Shown here: positions 10,375 through 22,758 of the stretch, piece by piece
Layout: the number at the start of each line of letters is the position of its first letter
Position numbering within the stretch: the stretch's first letter is position 1
Program-made: the position numbers and the translations under genes
The notes under the pieces: generated by a model
The model's input: the letters and a program-made list of their open reading frames with translations, nothing else
Database searches by the model: none
What the model was told of the DNA's origin: nothing
Source of the DNA: an uncultured Pelagibacteraceae bacterium
Lineage (GTDB): Bacteria; Pseudomonadota; Alphaproteobacteria; Pelagibacterales; Pelagibacteraceae
Length of the DNA: 64,000 nucleotides
Direction of reading: 5' to 3'
NCBI GenBank assembly: GCA_902519445.1
Contig: CABYJR010000002.1
Location: forward strand, 2,398 to 66,397

Positions 10375-11786
10375 TAAATAATTTTTATTGAAGAAATTAA
10401 ATTTACTAATATGGAAGGATATATAAAATAAATTAACAAGAATACACTTGATAAAATTAAAGAAATTTTTAAACCCCAATCATAATTTAATTCAAAAGGT
10501 TTTTTTGGTTTATCAAAATAAATTATTTTAATAATTCTTAAATAGTAAAAAGCTGAAATTACAGTTGTTAAAAGTCCTAATATGGCAAGAATATACATTT
10601 CAGATTTAATGACAGCCATAAAAATATAAAATTTTGCAAAAAATCCTGCTAGTGGTGGTATTCCAGCCAAAGAAAAAAGTATAATTAAAAAACTTAACGC
10701 AAGGATAGGATGGTTTTTTGACATGCCGGAAAGATCATTTATATTTTCACAAAATATATTTTCTCTCTTCATCATAAAAATACACCCGAAGGCTCCAAGA
10801 TTCATCACTAGATATATAATTAAGTATATTATTGTGCTCTGTATTCCATCGTTAGTCCCTGGTGCTAATCCAGCTAGAGCATATCCCATATGGCCTATTG
10901 AACTATAAGCCATTAGCCTCTTAATATTTTTTTGTCCTATAGCTGCTGTTGCACCCAATATCATTGAAGCTATAGATATAAAAATTATTATCGTTTGCCA
11001 TTGCTCTATAACATTTAAAAAAGGAACATACATAAATCTTATAAAAACTGCTATTGCTGCAATTTTTGGAACAATAGCAAAAAAACTTGTGACTGAAGTG
11101 GGAGCTCCTTCGTAAACATCTGGAGTCCACATATGAAACGGTACTGCTGAAACTTTGAAAGCTAAACCTATAATTATAAAAACAATACCAAATACAGCTC
11201 CTATATTATTTGCATCTAAATTTTGTGAAATAATTTCAAAATTTGTTGATCCTGTAAAACCATAAATAAGTGAAGAACCATATAGTAAAAGCCCAGTTGC
11301 AAGAGCACTTAGTACAAAATATTTCAATCCAGCTTCTGTAGATTTTTCATTTTCTCGTTTGAATGATGCTAATATATATAAAGATAAGGACTGCAGTTCT
11401 AATCCTAAATAGAAAACAATTAGATCGTAAGAACTAATCATCAATATCATTCCCAAAACAGATGTAAGAATAATTATAGGATATTCTATTTTATCAATAT
11501 TGTTTATTTTTACATATTCTTTAGAAGAAAATAAAACTAATATACAAAATAACAAAGTAATAGTTTTCATAAGAATTGAAAAACTATCAATTATATAACT
11601 GTCATTAAAAATTTTAACTGTTTCGTTATTTTGATTTAAAACTAAAGCTGTTGTAAAGATTAAAGTTGTAATAGTTAACAAATTTACCAATTTAAAACTT
11701 TTTTTTATAAAGACTCCTACCATTAAAATTATCATTATTGATAAAGATAAAAATAATTCAGGAAAAATATATAAAATTGTTTGCAT
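10374..11786 (-). CDS. nuoN: NADH-quinone oxidoreductase subunit N
   Basis: 470-aa polytopic antiporter-like protein, last gene in the conserved nuoA-N order. Confidence 0.93.
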   Translation of the reverse strand: MQTILYIFPELFLSLSIMIILMVGVFIKKSFKLVNLLTITTLIFTTALVLNQNNETVKIFNDSYIIDSFSILMKTITLLFCILVLFSSKEYVKINNIDKIEYPIIILTSVLGMILMISSYDLIVFYLGLELQSLSLYILASFKRENEKSTEAGLKYFVLSALATGLLLYGSSLIYGFTGSTNFEIISQNLDANNIGAVFGIVFIIIGLAFKVSAVPFHMWTPDVYEGAPTSVTSFFAIVPKIAAIAVFIRFMYVPFLNVIEQWQTIIIFISIASMILGATAAIGQKNIKRLMAYSSIGHMGYALAGLAPGTNDGIQSTIIYLIIYLVMNLGAFGCIFMMKRENIFCENINDLSGMSKNHPILALSFLIILFSLAGIPPLAGFFAKFYIFMAVIKSEMYILAILGLLTTVISAFYYLRIIKIIYFDKPKKPFELNYDWGLKISLILSSVFLLIYFIYPSILVNLISSIKII

Positions 11787-13289
11787 TTAATTACCTTTTT
11801 GTACCAAATGATAATTTAAATTAATTTGATAATTTTCAATTAAATTATTTACAGAAATATCAACGGTTTTAAACAATGGATCGGGATAAAAACCAAAAAA
11901 TATTACTAATATAACCAAGGATGAAAAAATATATAATTCTGTTTTATTTAAATCTTTCATATTTTTTAAATCAGAATTTGTGACACGTCCAAATACTACT
12001 CTTCTATACAACCAAAGCATATAAGCTGCTGCCAAAATTATTCCCAAGCTTGCCAGAACGGCCACAATAATACTAACTTGAAAAACTCCAACCAAAATTA
12101 AAAATTCACCAACGAAACCGCTGGTTCCTGGTAAACCTAATGCAGCCAAAGAAAAAATCATAAAAATAAGAGCGTATTTTGGCATAACATGAACTAGGCC
12201 TCCGTAGGAAGAAATCATGCGAGATTGGAATCTATCATATAGGACACCGACGCACAAAAATAATGCTGCAGAAATAAAACCATGGCTAATCATTTGAATA
12301 ATGCTTCCTTCTAAACCTTGTTTTGTTAATGAAAAAATTCCAATGGTAACAAAACCCATATGAGCGACTGAGGAATAAGCGATTAATTTTTTCATATCAT
12401 CCTGCATTAGCGCGACCAATGAAGTGTAAATAATAGCGATTACACTTAACGTAAAAATTAAATATGTAAAATAATCAGAGGCAACAGGGAATAAACCTAG
12501 AGAAAAACGTATAAATCCATATCCTGCCATTTTTAAAAGTATTGCAGCTAATATTACTGAACCTGGAGTTGGAGCTTCGACATGGGCGTCAGGTAGCCAT
12601 GTATGAACTGGCCACATTGGCATCTTAACAGCGAAAGAACTAAAGAAAGCTAACCAAAGTAAGTATTGATATTCTTGGGGAATTCTTAAATCTAAAAGTT
12701 TAATGACATCAGTTGTTCCAGTAATCCAATAAATAGAAATAATTGCTATAAGCATCAACACAGAACCCAGTAAAGTAAATAGAAAGAATTTAAAGGCAGA
12801 ATAAACTCTATTTGGACCACCCCAAATTCCAATTATTAAAAACATTGGAATAAGACCACCTTCAAAAAATAAATAAAATATAACAAGATCAAGTGAACAG
12901 AAAACACCCAGCATTAAAGTTTCCATTAAAAGTATTGCGATAAGAAACTCTTTAATTTTAAATTTAATACTGGATATTCCAGAAAATACACAAATAGGTG
13001 CTATAAAAGTAGTAAGTAAAATAAATAAAATTGAAATTCCATCAATTCCTAATTGGAAATTAATAAAACCATTGATCCACTCCCTTTCTTCAATGAATTG
13101 AAAATCTGATGTAGTGGTGTCAAACAAATACCAAAGATAAACGGAAAGAAAAAAATTTACCAAAGTTGAAAATATTGCTACATATTTTGAATTTTTTTCT
13201 GTGTTTTTTAAATTTCCCCTTGTAAGTAAAACAAATATTGCTCCTATAAGAGGAATAAAAATAATTGCTGAAAGAATAGGAAAATTCAT
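11787..13289 (-). CDS. nuoM: NADH-quinone oxidoreductase subunit M
   Basis: 500-aa Mrp-antiporter-like subunit (WLPDAHVEAPTPGSV motif), positioned between nuoL and nuoN. Confidence 0.95.
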   Translation of the reverse strand: MNFPILSAIIFIPLIGAIFVLLTRGNLKNTEKNSKYVAIFSTLVNFFLSVYLWYLFDTTTSDFQFIEEREWINGFINFQLGIDGISILFILLTTFIAPICVFSGISSIKFKIKEFLIAILLMETLMLGVFCSLDLVIFYLFFEGGLIPMFLIIGIWGGPNRVYSAFKFFLFTLLGSVLMLIAIISIYWITGTTDVIKLLDLRIPQEYQYLLWLAFFSSFAVKMPMWPVHTWLPDAHVEAPTPGSVILAAILLKMAGYGFIRFSLGLFPVASDYFTYLIFTLSVIAIIYTSLVALMQDDMKKLIAYSSVAHMGFVTIGIFSLTKQGLEGSIIQMISHGFISAALFLCVGVLYDRFQSRMISSYGGLVHVMPKYALIFMIFSLAALGLPGTSGFVGEFLILVGVFQVSIIVAVLASLGIILAAAYMLWLYRRVVFGRVTNSDLKNMKDLNKTELYIFSSLVILVIFFGFYPDPLFKTVDISVNNLIENYQINLNYHLVQKGN

Positions 13290-15200
13290 CTAGTATAAAA
13301 TTAAATAAGTTAATAAAATAGACAATCCTACCAGCATAACAAAGGCATAATGATATAGATGCCCGCTTTGAAAGCTAACAGCTTTATCAGAAATATTTTT
13401 TATTATTTTAGAAAGACCATCTGGACCATATCGGTCTATTGTATTTATATCCCCTTTCCTCCAAAAAAATAATCCAATTTTTTTTACAGGTTCAACAAAA
13501 ATAAAATTATAAAGTTCATCGAAATACCATTTTTTTAATAAAAAATTATATAAAAATTGATTTTTATCTATAAAATTATTAATTATTTTTTCATTTTTTA
13601 CAAACAGATAATAAGAAAAAGGAATCGACATAATTACAATTACAGGAGTAATAGAAATAAACCATAGCGGGGGATGATTGTTCTGTATGGCATTCAAAAA
13701 TAAAATTGAACTTCCCCAAAATTCTGTACTATTTGATCCTATAAAAATTTCCTTAAAGGCAAAACCGGCAAATATAGCCCCGATTGCTAATAAACAAGAT
13801 GGTATCAACATTATTAATGGAGATTCCTTTATAGAATTTAAGTTTGATTCTTTATTATTATATTTTCCATGAAAAGTTTTAAAAATTAATCTCCAAGAAT
13901 AAATTGAAGTTAATAATGCGGTAAAAATTCCAACAGAAGCTCCGTAATAACCAATTGCATTATTTTTTAGATAAGCAAATTCAATAATAGCATCTTTTGA
14001 ATAATAGCCAGATAACAATGGAAATCCTGTCAGTGCAAGTGTGCCTATTATCATTAAAGCATACGTGTAAGGTATTTTTTTCCAAACTCCTCCCATTAAA
14101 CGAATATCTTGCTTTTCATGAAATGAGTGAATTACACAACCAGAACCGAGAAATAAAAGCGCTTTGAAGAAAGCATGGGTAAATAAATGAAAAATAGCGA
14201 CATTATATGCTCCAATACCTGCTGCTAAAAACATATAACCCAACTGACTGCATGTTGAATACGCCACAATTTTTTTAATATCATTTTGCACTAATGCAAT
14301 TGTAGCTGCAAAAAAAGCGGTGCTCATGCCTACCACTGTGACAACGTTTAATGCTATTTGAGAATATTCAAATATTGGAGAACATCTTATAACTAAAAAA
14401 ACACCAGCTGTTACCATTGTTGCGGCATGGATTAATGCGGAAACAGGAGTTGGCCCCTCCATGGCATCCGGAAGCCAAGTATGCAAAAAAATTTGAGCAG
14501 ATTTTCCCATAGCTCCAATAAAAAGTAAAAGACAAATTAATGTAATTAAATTAAATTCGATACCTAGAAAAATTATTTCTTTTTGTATTAATAATGGGGT
14601 TTGTTGAAAAACTTCATCATAATTGACAGTTCCGTAAAAAAAGAAAATTAAAAAAATACCAATGGCAAAGCCAAAATCACCAACTCTATTTACCAAAAAT
14701 GCCTTTATTGCAGCAGCGTTAGCTGAAGGTTTTCTATACCAGAAACCAATTAAAAGATAAGAACATAAGCCTACCCCTTCCCAACCAAAAAATAATTGTA
14801 GGAAATTGTCCGCAGTAACTAATGTAAGCATGGCAAAAGTAAATAATGATAAATATGCTATAAAACGTGGTTTGTGAGGATCATGACTCATATAACCAAT
14901 GGAATAAAAATGAATTATTGTTGATATTAAGGTTACAACCACCAACATAACTGACGTTAAAGGATCAATATAAATTGACCAATTAACATTAAAATTTCCT
15001 GAGCTAATCCAATTAAAAAATAAACTATTAACAAAATAACCTTCGGTTAATACCTTATAAAATATAATTAGAGATAATATTGCTGAAATTCCTACTAAAG
15101 TACTTGCCAGTAATAAACAATATTTATCTCCAATTTTTTTTCCAAAAAATCCTGAAATAATTGAAGAGATCAAAGGTAATAATACAATTGCGTATTCCAT
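13290..15200 (-). CDS. nuoL: NADH-quinone oxidoreductase subunit L
   Basis: 636-aa antiporter-like subunit (WLPDAMEGPTPVSALIHAATMV) with a C-terminal lateral-helix extension. Confidence 0.95.
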   Translation of the reverse strand: MEYAIVLLPLISSIISGFFGKKIGDKYCLLLASTLVGISAILSLIIFYKVLTEGYFVNSLFFNWISSGNFNVNWSIYIDPLTSVMLVVVTLISTIIHFYSIGYMSHDPHKPRFIAYLSLFTFAMLTLVTADNFLQLFFGWEGVGLCSYLLIGFWYRKPSANAAAIKAFLVNRVGDFGFAIGIFLIFFFYGTVNYDEVFQQTPLLIQKEIIFLGIEFNLITLICLLLFIGAMGKSAQIFLHTWLPDAMEGPTPVSALIHAATMVTAGVFLVIRCSPIFEYSQIALNVVTVVGMSTAFFAATIALVQNDIKKIVAYSTCSQLGYMFLAAGIGAYNVAIFHLFTHAFFKALLFLGSGCVIHSFHEKQDIRLMGGVWKKIPYTYALMIIGTLALTGFPLLSGYYSKDAIIEFAYLKNNAIGYYGASVGIFTALLTSIYSWRLIFKTFHGKYNNKESNLNSIKESPLIMLIPSCLLAIGAIFAGFAFKEIFIGSNSTEFWGSSILFLNAIQNNHPPLWFISITPVIVIMSIPFSYYLFVKNEKIINNFIDKNQFLYNFLLKKWYFDELYNFIFVEPVKKIGLFFWRKGDINTIDRYGPDGLSKIIKNISDKAVSFQSGHLYHYAFVMLVGLSILLTYLILY

Positions 15201-15201
15201 A

Positions 15202-15516
15202 TTAACCTTTCAAAGAGCTAATTTGCTCTACGTTAATCGAGCCTTTATTTTTATAATAAATTACAATTATTGCTAAACCCACGGCAGCTTCAGCAGCAGC
15301 CACGGTTAAAATAAACATAGTAAATATTTGTCCTGCCAAGTCTTGTAAAAAAATAGAAAAAGATACCAAATTAATATTCACTGATAAAAGTATTAACTCA
15401 ATAGACATTAAAATGATAATTACATTTCTTCGATTTAAAAAAATTCCAACTATTCCTATACAAAAAATAATAGCTGATAATGTTAAATAATGCCCTAAAC
15501 CAATTTCAATCATCAA
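15202..15516 (-). CDS. nuoK: NADH-quinone oxidoreductase subunit K
   Basis: 104-aa, 3-TM protein with conserved membrane Glu residues ([17 protein letters not shown]). Confidence 0.93.
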   Translation of the reverse strand: MMIEIGLGHYLTLSAIIFCIGIVGIFLNRRNVIIILMSIELILLSVNINLVSFSIFLQDLAGQIFTMFILTVAAAEAAVGLAIIVIYYKNKGSINVEQISSLKG

Positions 15517-16138
15517 TTTTTACTCCTTTTTCACTTTCAACCTCGACTAAAGAAATTGAGCTTTCTCTTTGCCTCTGTATTTGTCGAAAATAACTTTGCC
15601 TTTTTATATTTTCTCTTCTACTAAAAGTAAGAGTGATTGCTCCTATCATTGCTACAAGCAAAATCATTCCTGAAATTTGAAAAAGATGGATGTAATCTGT
15701 ATACAAAACATTTCCTAAAGCATGAGTATTGGACACATTCAAGTAGGGATCTATTGAAGATAATGGAATAAACCCATCTCTGTATTTCCATCCACCAACG
15801 GCAATAATTATTTCAAGAAAAATTATAATACCAACTATTAGTCCAACCGATATGTTATTAATAATACCTTTTTTTTTAGAAAATTTTATTGGCTGTTGTG
15901 TCACGTTCAACATCATAACAACAAAAAGAAATAAAACTGCTACAGCTCCAACATAAACTATAAGCATGATCATGCCTAAAAATTCGGCTCCAATCATAAT
16001 AAATAAAATCGATATACTAATAAAAACTAGAATTAGAAAAAAAACTGAATAAACAGTATTTCTTGATATGGTAACCATAATTGCTGAAAAAACAGTTATA
16101 GTTGAAAAAAGATAAAAAAATAATGAATGAGCCATCAT
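15506..16138 (-). CDS. nuoJ: NADH-quinone oxidoreductase subunit J
   Basis: 210-aa, 5-TM protein at the nuoJ position in the operon. Confidence 0.9.
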   Translation of the reverse strand: MMAHSLFFYLFSTITVFSAIMVTISRNTVYSVFFLILVFISISILFIMIGAEFLGMIMLIVYVGAVAVLFLFVVMMLNVTQQPIKFSKKKGIINNISVGLIVGIIIFLEIIIAVGGWKYRDGFIPLSSIDPYLNVSNTHALGNVLYTDYIHLFQISGMILLVAMIGAITLTFSRRENIKRQSYFRQIQRQRESSISLVEVESEKGVKIDD

Positions 16139-16627
16139 TTAATTAAAAGGTGAATCAGCCTTAATATTTTGAGCTAATGATTCTTCCCATTTATCTCCAT
16201 TTTCTAATAATTTTTTCTTGTTGTAATAAAGTTCCTCTCTAGTTTCTGTGGCAAATTCAAAATTAGGTCCTTGCACAATAGCATCAACTGGACAAGATTC
16301 TTCACATAATCCACAATAAATACATTTGAGCATATCAATATCATATCTAGTAGTTTTTCTGCTTCCGTCGCTTTTAATTTCTGATTCAATTGTTATAGCT
16401 TGGGCTGGACAAACAGCTTCGCAAAGTTTGCAAGCTATACATCTTTCCTCACCATTAGGATATCTTCTTAACGCATGCTCTCCTCTAAAACGTGGGCTTA
16501 TTTTTCCTTTTTCAAAAGGGTAATTTATAGTTTTTTTTGATTTAAATATTTTTTTTATTGCAATAGATAGACCTGTAGCAAAATCTGTCATGAAAATTGT
16601 TTTTAATATTCTAGTTATATTCATCAT
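16139..16627 (-). CDS. nuoI: NADH-quinone oxidoreductase subunit I (2x[4Fe-4S] ferredoxin-type)
   Basis: 162 aa with two CxxCxxCxxxCP motifs ([24 protein letters not shown]). Confidence 0.96.
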   Translation of the reverse strand: MMNITRILKTIFMTDFATGLSIAIKKIFKSKKTINYPFEKGKISPRFRGEHALRRYPNGEERCIACKLCEAVCPAQAITIESEIKSDGSRKTTRYDIDMLKCIYCGLCEESCPVDAIVQGPNFEFATETREELYYNKKKLLENGDKWEESLAQNIKADSPFN

Positions 16628-17625
16628 TTTATAATTGGTAGCGTGTCTGTAAAAAATAAAAAACTAGCAGTTAAGACTACCCATAATAATGAAAAAGGAA
16701 GAAAAATCTTCCATCCAAGTCTCATAAGTTGATCAAATCTGTATCTGGGAACTATGGCTTTAACTAAAGAAATTAGAATAAATAAAAAAAGTATTTTAAA
16801 TATCATCCATAAAGGACCTGGTATTATAGCAAATGGATAAATATCAATAGGACTTAACCATCCTCCTAAGAAAAGAATAGATCCTAAGGCACACAGAAGT
16901 AAAATATTTGCATATTCACCTAACCAAAACATTGCATACATCATGCCTGAATATTCAGTTTGATACCCTGCAACAAGTTCAGATTCAGCTTCTGGTAAAT
17001 CAAATGGTGGACGATTAGTTTCGGCTAAGATTGATATAAAAAAGACAACAAACATCGGAAATAATGGAAATATGAACCAAACATTTTTTTGCGCTAGCAC
17101 GATCTGACTCAGATTTAATGAACCTACGCATAACAATACATTAATAATTATTATTCCAATTGAAACTTCATATGACACCATTTGCGCAGCAGATCTGATA
17201 GCGCCTAAAAAAGGATATTTTGAATTAGATGCCCATCCTCCTATAATTATTCCATAAACTCCTAAAGATGAAACTGCGAACAAATATAATATTCCAACAT
17301 TTATATTTGATAGAACAATTCCTTTGCTAAATGGTATAACTGCCCAGGCTATAAGAGATAAAGTAAGTGTAATTATTGGTGCCAATATAAACATAATCTT
17401 GTCAGCACTAGCAGGAATAATTATTTCCTTAAAAATATATTTTAAAGCGTCAGCTAGTGTTTGCAAAAGTCCTAAAGGTCCCACTACATTAGGACCTCTT
17501 CTTTTTTGAACAAATGCCCAAACTCTTCTGTCTAGCCAAACAATTAAAGCTACTGAAACCAAAACAGGTAACAACAGAAAAATTATCTTATAAATTTCAT
17601 GTAAAAATGTATTTATATAAATCAT
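16624..17625 (-). CDS. nuoH: NADH-quinone oxidoreductase subunit H
   Basis: 333-aa, 8-TM ND1 homologue ([28 protein letters not shown]). Confidence 0.96.
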   Translation of the reverse strand: MIYINTFLHEIYKIIFLLLPVLVSVALIVWLDRRVWAFVQKRRGPNVVGPLGLLQTLADALKYIFKEIIIPASADKIMFILAPIITLTLSLIAWAVIPFSKGIVLSNINVGILYLFAVSSLGVYGIIIGGWASNSKYPFLGAIRSAAQMVSYEVSIGIIIINVLLCVGSLNLSQIVLAQKNVWFIFPLFPMFVVFFISILAETNRPPFDLPEAESELVAGYQTEYSGMMYAMFWLGEYANILLLCALGSILFLGGWLSPIDIYPFAIIPGPLWMIFKILFLFILISLVKAIVPRYRFDQLMRLGWKIFLPFSLLWVVLTASFLFFTDTLPIIK

Positions 17626-19661
17626 TAACTTGCTTTTTCAATTCCTGTAAATAAAAATTTCTTTTTTACTCGTCGACATTCATTCATTGTCTTCGAGGAT
17701 CTTGCAATTGAGTTTGTAAAATAATAATCGATAGGTTTTATAGAAATTTCTTTTTCTATAAATTCTACACTCTCTGTGTTTTTTAGGTTGATATTATTTT
17801 TTATTGTTATATTTTTTTTTATATTTTTTTGTAATTCATTAATATCTTTATAATCTTCTGGTTTTTTTAACAATTTGGACAAATCTTTGATTATTTTCCA
17901 ATCTTCACGTGCATCTCCTGGTGGATAAGATGCTTTATATGCGTTCTGAATTTTCCCTTCTAGATTAACGAATAATCCATTTTTTTCTGTGTAAGCAGCC
18001 CCGGGCAAAACTATATCGGCAATCTCCGCTCCTTTATCTCCATGACTTCCTTGATAAACAATAAATTTATCATCCTTTTTAAAATTAATATCATCCGCTC
18101 CTAATAAATATATAAATTTAAATAATCCATTTTCTAATTTATCGAAAAATGAAAAATTGTCATTTTTCGCTATAGAATATAATCCAAGATCTAAAGCTCC
18201 TACCCTTGATGCTTGTTGAGTAAGAACATTTAAAGCGTTCCAATCATTTCGTATAAAATTATTTGTAAAAAGAAATTTTTTTATTGTTTCAAATGTATAT
18301 CGTCCCGCTTCACCATATAAAGCTGATTCTCCTATAATTATCATTGGTTTTTTAGATTTCTTAATTTTTTCTGAAATTTCATGAGATCCTGCTGCAATTA
18401 ATTTTATTATGCTAGTATTTGATCCAATTACCTCATATGGATAAGTTAAATCTCCCGGGTCTCCTATTGAATAAATTTTTGTATTATTCTTTTGATATGC
18501 CTTTCTAATTCTAGCATTAAGAATACTAGCTTCTAATCTTGGATTTGAGCCCACCAGCAAAATTAAATCTGAATTTTCAATTCCTTTAATTGAAGAATTA
18601 AAAATATAATTAATTCTTTCTTCTGGGTTAATATAAATTCTATCTTGTCTGCACTCAAGATTGTTAGATCCTAAAGAATTAAAAAAGGATTTAAAACTAT
18701 AAATCATTTCTAAATCAGATAAATCCCCCACGATTCCCGCAACTTCGTTTGGATCAAATGATTTAATTTTATTAATTAATGTTTTTTTTGCATTTTCCCA
18801 TGTTGTTTTTTTTAATTGACCGTTTTCTCTAATATAGGGAGTATCTATTCTTTGTTTTAAAAGACCATCACAAGCGTATCTAGTCTTGTCTGATATCCAT
18901 TCTTCATTTATATCTTCATTAATTCTTGGTAAAATTCTCTTAACTTCCCAACCATAAGTATCTACTCTAATATTAGAACCAACAGCATCCATTACATCAA
19001 TAGTTTCAGTTTTTTTTAATTCCCAAGGTCTAGCTTCAAAAGCATAAGGTTTAGAAGTTAGGGCTCCAACTGGACATAAATCAATGACATTAGCTGATAA
19101 TTCGGATTCCATAGATCTTTCCAAATAAGTTGTAATTTCCATATCTTCTCCTCTGCCGATAGCACCTAGCTCAGGTATTCCTGCTACCTCTGTTGCAAAT
19201 CTTATGCATCTTGTGCAATGTATGCATCTTGTCATTTGTGTTTTAATTAAAGGGCCCATATATTTTTCTTTAACTTGTCTTTTATTTTCTGAATATCTTG
19301 AATTATCTAAACCATAAAAAAGAGATTGGTCTTGCAAATCACATTCTCCGCCTTGATCACATACTGGACAATCTAAAGGATGATTTGCTAATAAAAATTC
19401 CATCACACCTTTTCTCGCTTTATCTACAAACGGCGTATTAGTTTTAATTTTCATTCCTTCGGCAGCTGGCATAGCGCATGAAGCTATTGGCTTAGGTGAT
19501 TTTTCCATTTCAACTAAACACATTCTACAGTTTCCTGCTATTGAAAGTCTTTCGTGATAACAAAAACGAGGTATTTCGGCTCCAGCCATTTCGCATGCTT
19601 GAAGAACTGTCATTCCATCTTCAAATTCTATTTCCTTATTATTAATTATAATTTTAGGCAT
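17625..19661 (-). CDS. nuoG: NADH-quinone oxidoreductase subunit G (75-kDa subunit)
   Basis: 678 aa with N-terminal 2Fe-2S and 4Fe-4S cysteine motifs ([50 protein letters not shown]). Confidence 0.96.
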   Translation of the reverse strand: MPKIIINNKEIEFEDGMTVLQACEMAGAEIPRFCYHERLSIAGNCRMCLVEMEKSPKPIASCAMPAAEGMKIKTNTPFVDKARKGVMEFLLANHPLDCPVCDQGGECDLQDQSLFYGLDNSRYSENKRQVKEKYMGPLIKTQMTRCIHCTRCIRFATEVAGIPELGAIGRGEDMEITTYLERSMESELSANVIDLCPVGALTSKPYAFEARPWELKKTETIDVMDAVGSNIRVDTYGWEVKRILPRINEDINEEWISDKTRYACDGLLKQRIDTPYIRENGQLKKTTWENAKKTLINKIKSFDPNEVAGIVGDLSDLEMIYSFKSFFNSLGSNNLECRQDRIYINPEERINYIFNSSIKGIENSDLILLVGSNPRLEASILNARIRKAYQKNNTKIYSIGDPGDLTYPYEVIGSNTSIIKLIAAGSHEISEKIKKSKKPMIIIGESALYGEAGRYTFETIKKFLFTNNFIRNDWNALNVLTQQASRVGALDLGLYSIAKNDNFSFFDKLENGLFKFIYLLGADDINFKKDDKFIVYQGSHGDKGAEIADIVLPGAAYTEKNGLFVNLEGKIQNAYKASYPPGDAREDWKIIKDLSKLLKKPEDYKDINELQKNIKKNITIKNNINLKNTESVEFIEKEISIKPIDYYFTNSIARSSKTMNECRRVKKKFLFTGIEKAS

Positions 19662-20985
19662 TATCTTTCTCCAAAAGATGTTGATCTATAAGATAAGGAA
19701 TATTCGTTTTTTTCTTAATTAAAGGTTCTTCGTGACTTCTTTTTTCTATTTCTTTTTTAAAATGACGAAGTAAACCTTGCACGGGCCACGCAGATCCTTC
19801 ACCAAATGCACATATTGTATGTCCTTCTATCTGTTTAGTAACATCATACAAAAGATCAATCTCTTTATAAGAAGCATCGCCATCAGCCATTCTTTCCAGC
19901 ATTCTCCACATCCAACCACAACCTTCTCTGCATGGAGTACATTGACCACAACTTTCATGTTTATAGAATCTAGCAATTCTTGCCATGCATTTAATGATAT
20001 CTTGGTCTTTATTAATAACAATAACTCCTGCTGTTCCTAATCCACTTTTTTCTTTTATAAGTGAGTCAAAATCCATTGTAATAGTTTCGCATATGTTTTT
20101 TGGTAAAAGAGGCATTGAAGAACCGCCAGGAATTACAGCTTGAAGATTATTCCATCCACCAATAACTCCTCCTGCATGTTTTTCTATTAACTCTTTAAGT
20201 GGTATGCCCATTTCTTCTTCAACATTACATGGAGTATTCACATTACCTGATATACAAAAAATTTTCGTTCCTGTATTTTTTGGTTTACCTAATGAAGCAA
20301 ACCATTTTGATCCTCTTTTAAGTATTGTTGGAATTACAGCTATTGTTTCTACATTATTAACAATAGTTGGACATCCATAAAGTCCTACCAAAGCGGGGAA
20401 TGGCGGTTTGAGTCTTGGCTGTCCTTTGTTTCCCTCTAGGCTTTCCAGCAATGCAGTTTCCTCTCCACAAATATACGCTCCCGCTCCATAGTGGATATAA
20501 ATATCGAGATCCCAACCTGTGTCACAAGCATTTTTTCCTAGAAAATTTTTTTTATACGCTTCGTCTATAGCTTTTTGTAATTTTTCTCCTTCTCTAAAGT
20601 ATTCACCTCTTATATAAATATAGCAGGTGTGCGCACTAATTGCATAACTTGTGATTAAACATCCCTCAATAAGTTTTTGCGGTTCAAATCTTAAAATATC
20701 TCTATCTTTGCAAGTACCAGGCTCGGATTCATCAGCATTAATAACCAAATAATGTGGTCTTGAACCGACTGCTTTCGGAGCAAAAGATAATTTAAGACCA
20801 GTTGGAAAGCCTGCTCCACCTCTTCCACGTAATTCAGAATTTTTAACCTCTTTAATGATATAATCTTTTCCTTTAGAAATAATATCTTTTGTTTGTGACC
20901 AATCTCCTCTCTTAATTGAGGATTCTATATCCCACCCTAGGTCATTATATAAATTTTTAAATATTCTATCTTCGTCTTTAAGCAT
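19654..20985 (-). CDS. nuoF: NADH-quinone oxidoreductase subunit F (51-kDa, FMN/NADH site)
   Basis: 443 aa with [29 protein letters not shown] and the N3 cluster motif [10 protein letters not shown]. Confidence 0.97.
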   Translation of the reverse strand: MLKDEDRIFKNLYNDLGWDIESSIKRGDWSQTKDIISKGKDYIIKEVKNSELRGRGGAGFPTGLKLSFAPKAVGSRPHYLVINADESEPGTCKDRDILRFEPQKLIEGCLITSYAISAHTCYIYIRGEYFREGEKLQKAIDEAYKKNFLGKNACDTGWDLDIYIHYGAGAYICGEETALLESLEGNKGQPRLKPPFPALVGLYGCPTIVNNVETIAVIPTILKRGSKWFASLGKPKNTGTKIFCISGNVNTPCNVEEEMGIPLKELIEKHAGGVIGGWNNLQAVIPGGSSMPLLPKNICETITMDFDSLIKEKSGLGTAGVIVINKDQDIIKCMARIARFYKHESCGQCTPCREGCGWMWRMLERMADGDASYKEIDLLYDVTKQIEGHTICAFGEGSAWPVQGLLRHFKKEIEKRSHEEPLIKKKTNIPYLIDQHLLEKDNA

Positions 20986-21586
20986 TTTTAATTTCTATTA
21001 AAGTTGTTTTTCCGCTCTCAGGAGCATTATTTTTTCTATTTTTTACAGAGCCAGGCTCTGGAAATTCATCTTTTAACAATTTTTGTATTATTTCCTCAGT
21101 TTTAGATTCGTTTAAATCTTCAAAATAATCCTTATTAATTTGCATCATTGGTGCATTTACACATGCTCCTAAACATTCAACTTCAGTCCAAGAGCAAATC
21201 TTATTTTCGGACAATTTGTTCTGCTCCTCCGAAATATATTTTTTACAAATTTCGGTTATTTTCTTTGCACCTCTAATCATACATGGCGTAGTTGTGCATA
21301 CTTGAACAAAATATTTTCCTACAGGAGATAAATTGAACATTGAATAAAAAGTAGCCACCTCATACACTTTTATATATGGCATGCCCAGCAATACAGCAAC
21401 ATACCTGATTGCTGCTAATGGTATCCAATTATCATTTTGATTTTGCACCAAATAAAGCAATGCAAGTACAGCGCTCGCTTTTCTTTTTTTTGGATATTTT
21501 TTTATTTCGTTTTTAGCTTTTTCTAAATTTTCACTAGTAAATTCAAATAATTCTGGTTGCACTTTAGATATTTTTTTTATGCTCAT
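20978..21586 (-). CDS. nuoE: NADH-quinone oxidoreductase subunit E (24-kDa, 2Fe-2S)
   Basis: 202 aa with thioredoxin-like 2Fe-2S cysteines (VCTTTPCM ... CLGACVNAP). Confidence 0.95.
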   Translation of the reverse strand: MSIKKISKVQPELFEFTSENLEKAKNEIKKYPKKRKASAVLALLYLVQNQNDNWIPLAAIRYVAVLLGMPYIKVYEVATFYSMFNLSPVGKYFVQVCTTTPCMIRGAKKITEICKKYISEEQNKLSENKICSWTEVECLGACVNAPMMQINKDYFEDLNESKTEEIIQKLLKDEFPEPGSVKNRKNNAPESGKTTLIEIKNA

Positions 21587-22758
21587 CTGTCAACTTCTCC
21601 AAAGACTATATCTAATGATCCTAGAACTGCGGGAACGTCTGCTAGCATATGGCCTTTTAATAAATAATCCATTGCTTGTAGATGAGAAAATCCTGGGGCT
21701 CTTATTTTACATTTATATGGTTTATTGCTGCCATCCGAAATAAGGTAAACTCCAAATTCACCTTTGGGAGCTTCAACGCAGGTATATATTTCTCCTTTGG
21801 GCACTCTAAATCCTTCTGAAAATAATTTAAAATGATGAATCAAAGCTTCCATAGAAGTTTTAATATCTTTTCTTTTTGGAGGTGTTATTTTTCCATCAAT
21901 GGATTTTACTGGTCCGGTTGGCATTTTTTTAATGGATTCTTTGATAATTTTATTACTTTCTCTCATTTCTTCTATTCTGCAAAGATATCGGTCATAGCAA
22001 TCACCATTTTTTCCAATGGGAATTTTAAAATCAAAATCTTTATAACATTCATATGGTTGAGATTTCCTTAAATCCCAAGGCACACCAGATCCGCGGAGCA
22101 TTACTCCAGAAAAACTATAATCTAAGGCTTCTTGTTTTGTGACAATACCAATATCTACATTTCTTTGTTTAAATATTCTATTGTCAGTTAGTAAAGATTC
22201 TAAATCATCTATTATTTTTGGGAATGAATCGCAAAATAATAAAATGTCATCGGTTAAACCCATTGGTAAATCTCTGTGTACACCACCTGGTCTAAAGTAA
22301 TTAGCATGTAGACGGGATCCAGAAACTCTTTCATAAAAAGTCATTAGCGTCTCTCTTTCTTCAAATCCCCAAAGAGAAGGTGTTAACGCTCCTACGTCAA
22401 GAGCTTGGGTAGTAATATTTAAAAGGTGGCTTAGTATTCTTCCAATTTCACAAAACATAACTCTAATATATTGCCCTCTTATAGGAACACTTATGTCGAG
22501 AAGCTTTTCAACAGCTAATGCAAAAGCATGTTCTTGATTCATTGGTGCTACATAGTCCAAACGATCAAAATAAGGTACGGCTTGAGTATATGTTTTATGT
22601 TCAATTAATTTTTCTGTTCCTCTATGTAGAAGTCCTATATGTGGATCAATTTTTTCAACAACTTCACCGTCTAGTTCTAATATTAAACGAAGAACTCCAT
22701 GCGCCGCTGGATGCTGAGGTCCAAAATTAAGATTTATATTTTTTTTTTTTGTTCCCAT
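21583..22758 (-). CDS. nuoD: NADH-quinone oxidoreductase subunit D (49-kDa)
   Basis: 391 aa ([15 protein letters not shown] ... [12 protein letters not shown]). It is a separate gene from nuoC. Confidence 0.97.
   Translation of the reverse strand: MGTKKKNINLNFGPQHPAAHGVLRLILELDGEVVEKIDPHIGLLHRGTEKLIEHKTYTQAVPYFDRLDYVAPMNQEHAFALAVEKLLDISVPIRGQYIRVMFCEIGRILSHLLNITTQALDVGALTPSLWGFEERETLMTFYERVSGSRLHANYFRPGGVHRDLPMGLTDDILLFCDSFPKIIDDLESLLTDNRIFKQRNVDIGIVTKQEALDYSFSGVMLRGSGVPWDLRKSQPYECYKDFDFKIPIGKNGDCYDRYLCRIEEMRESNKIIKESIKKMPTGPVKSIDGKITPPKRKDIKTSMEALIHHFKLFSEGFRVPKGEIYTCVEAPKGEFGVYLISDGSNKPYKCKIRAPGFSHLQAMDYLLKGHMLADVPAVLGSLDIVFGEVDR

Noticed and set aside
10375-10479. The ORF-track N-terminal extension of birA (MGFKNFFNFIKCILVN...).
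   Set aside because: It lies entirely within the 3' end of nuoN in another frame. The biotin-ligase homology starts at MNFEILKLK, which forms a TAATG junction with nuoN.
10921-20021. Same-strand alternative-frame ORFs inside nuoN (10921-11130), nuoI (16204-16389) and nuoF (19827-20021).
   Set aside because: They are nested within strongly conserved complex I genes. Their Cys/Phe/Tyr-rich translations are odd and motif-free. I treat them as frame artefacts.
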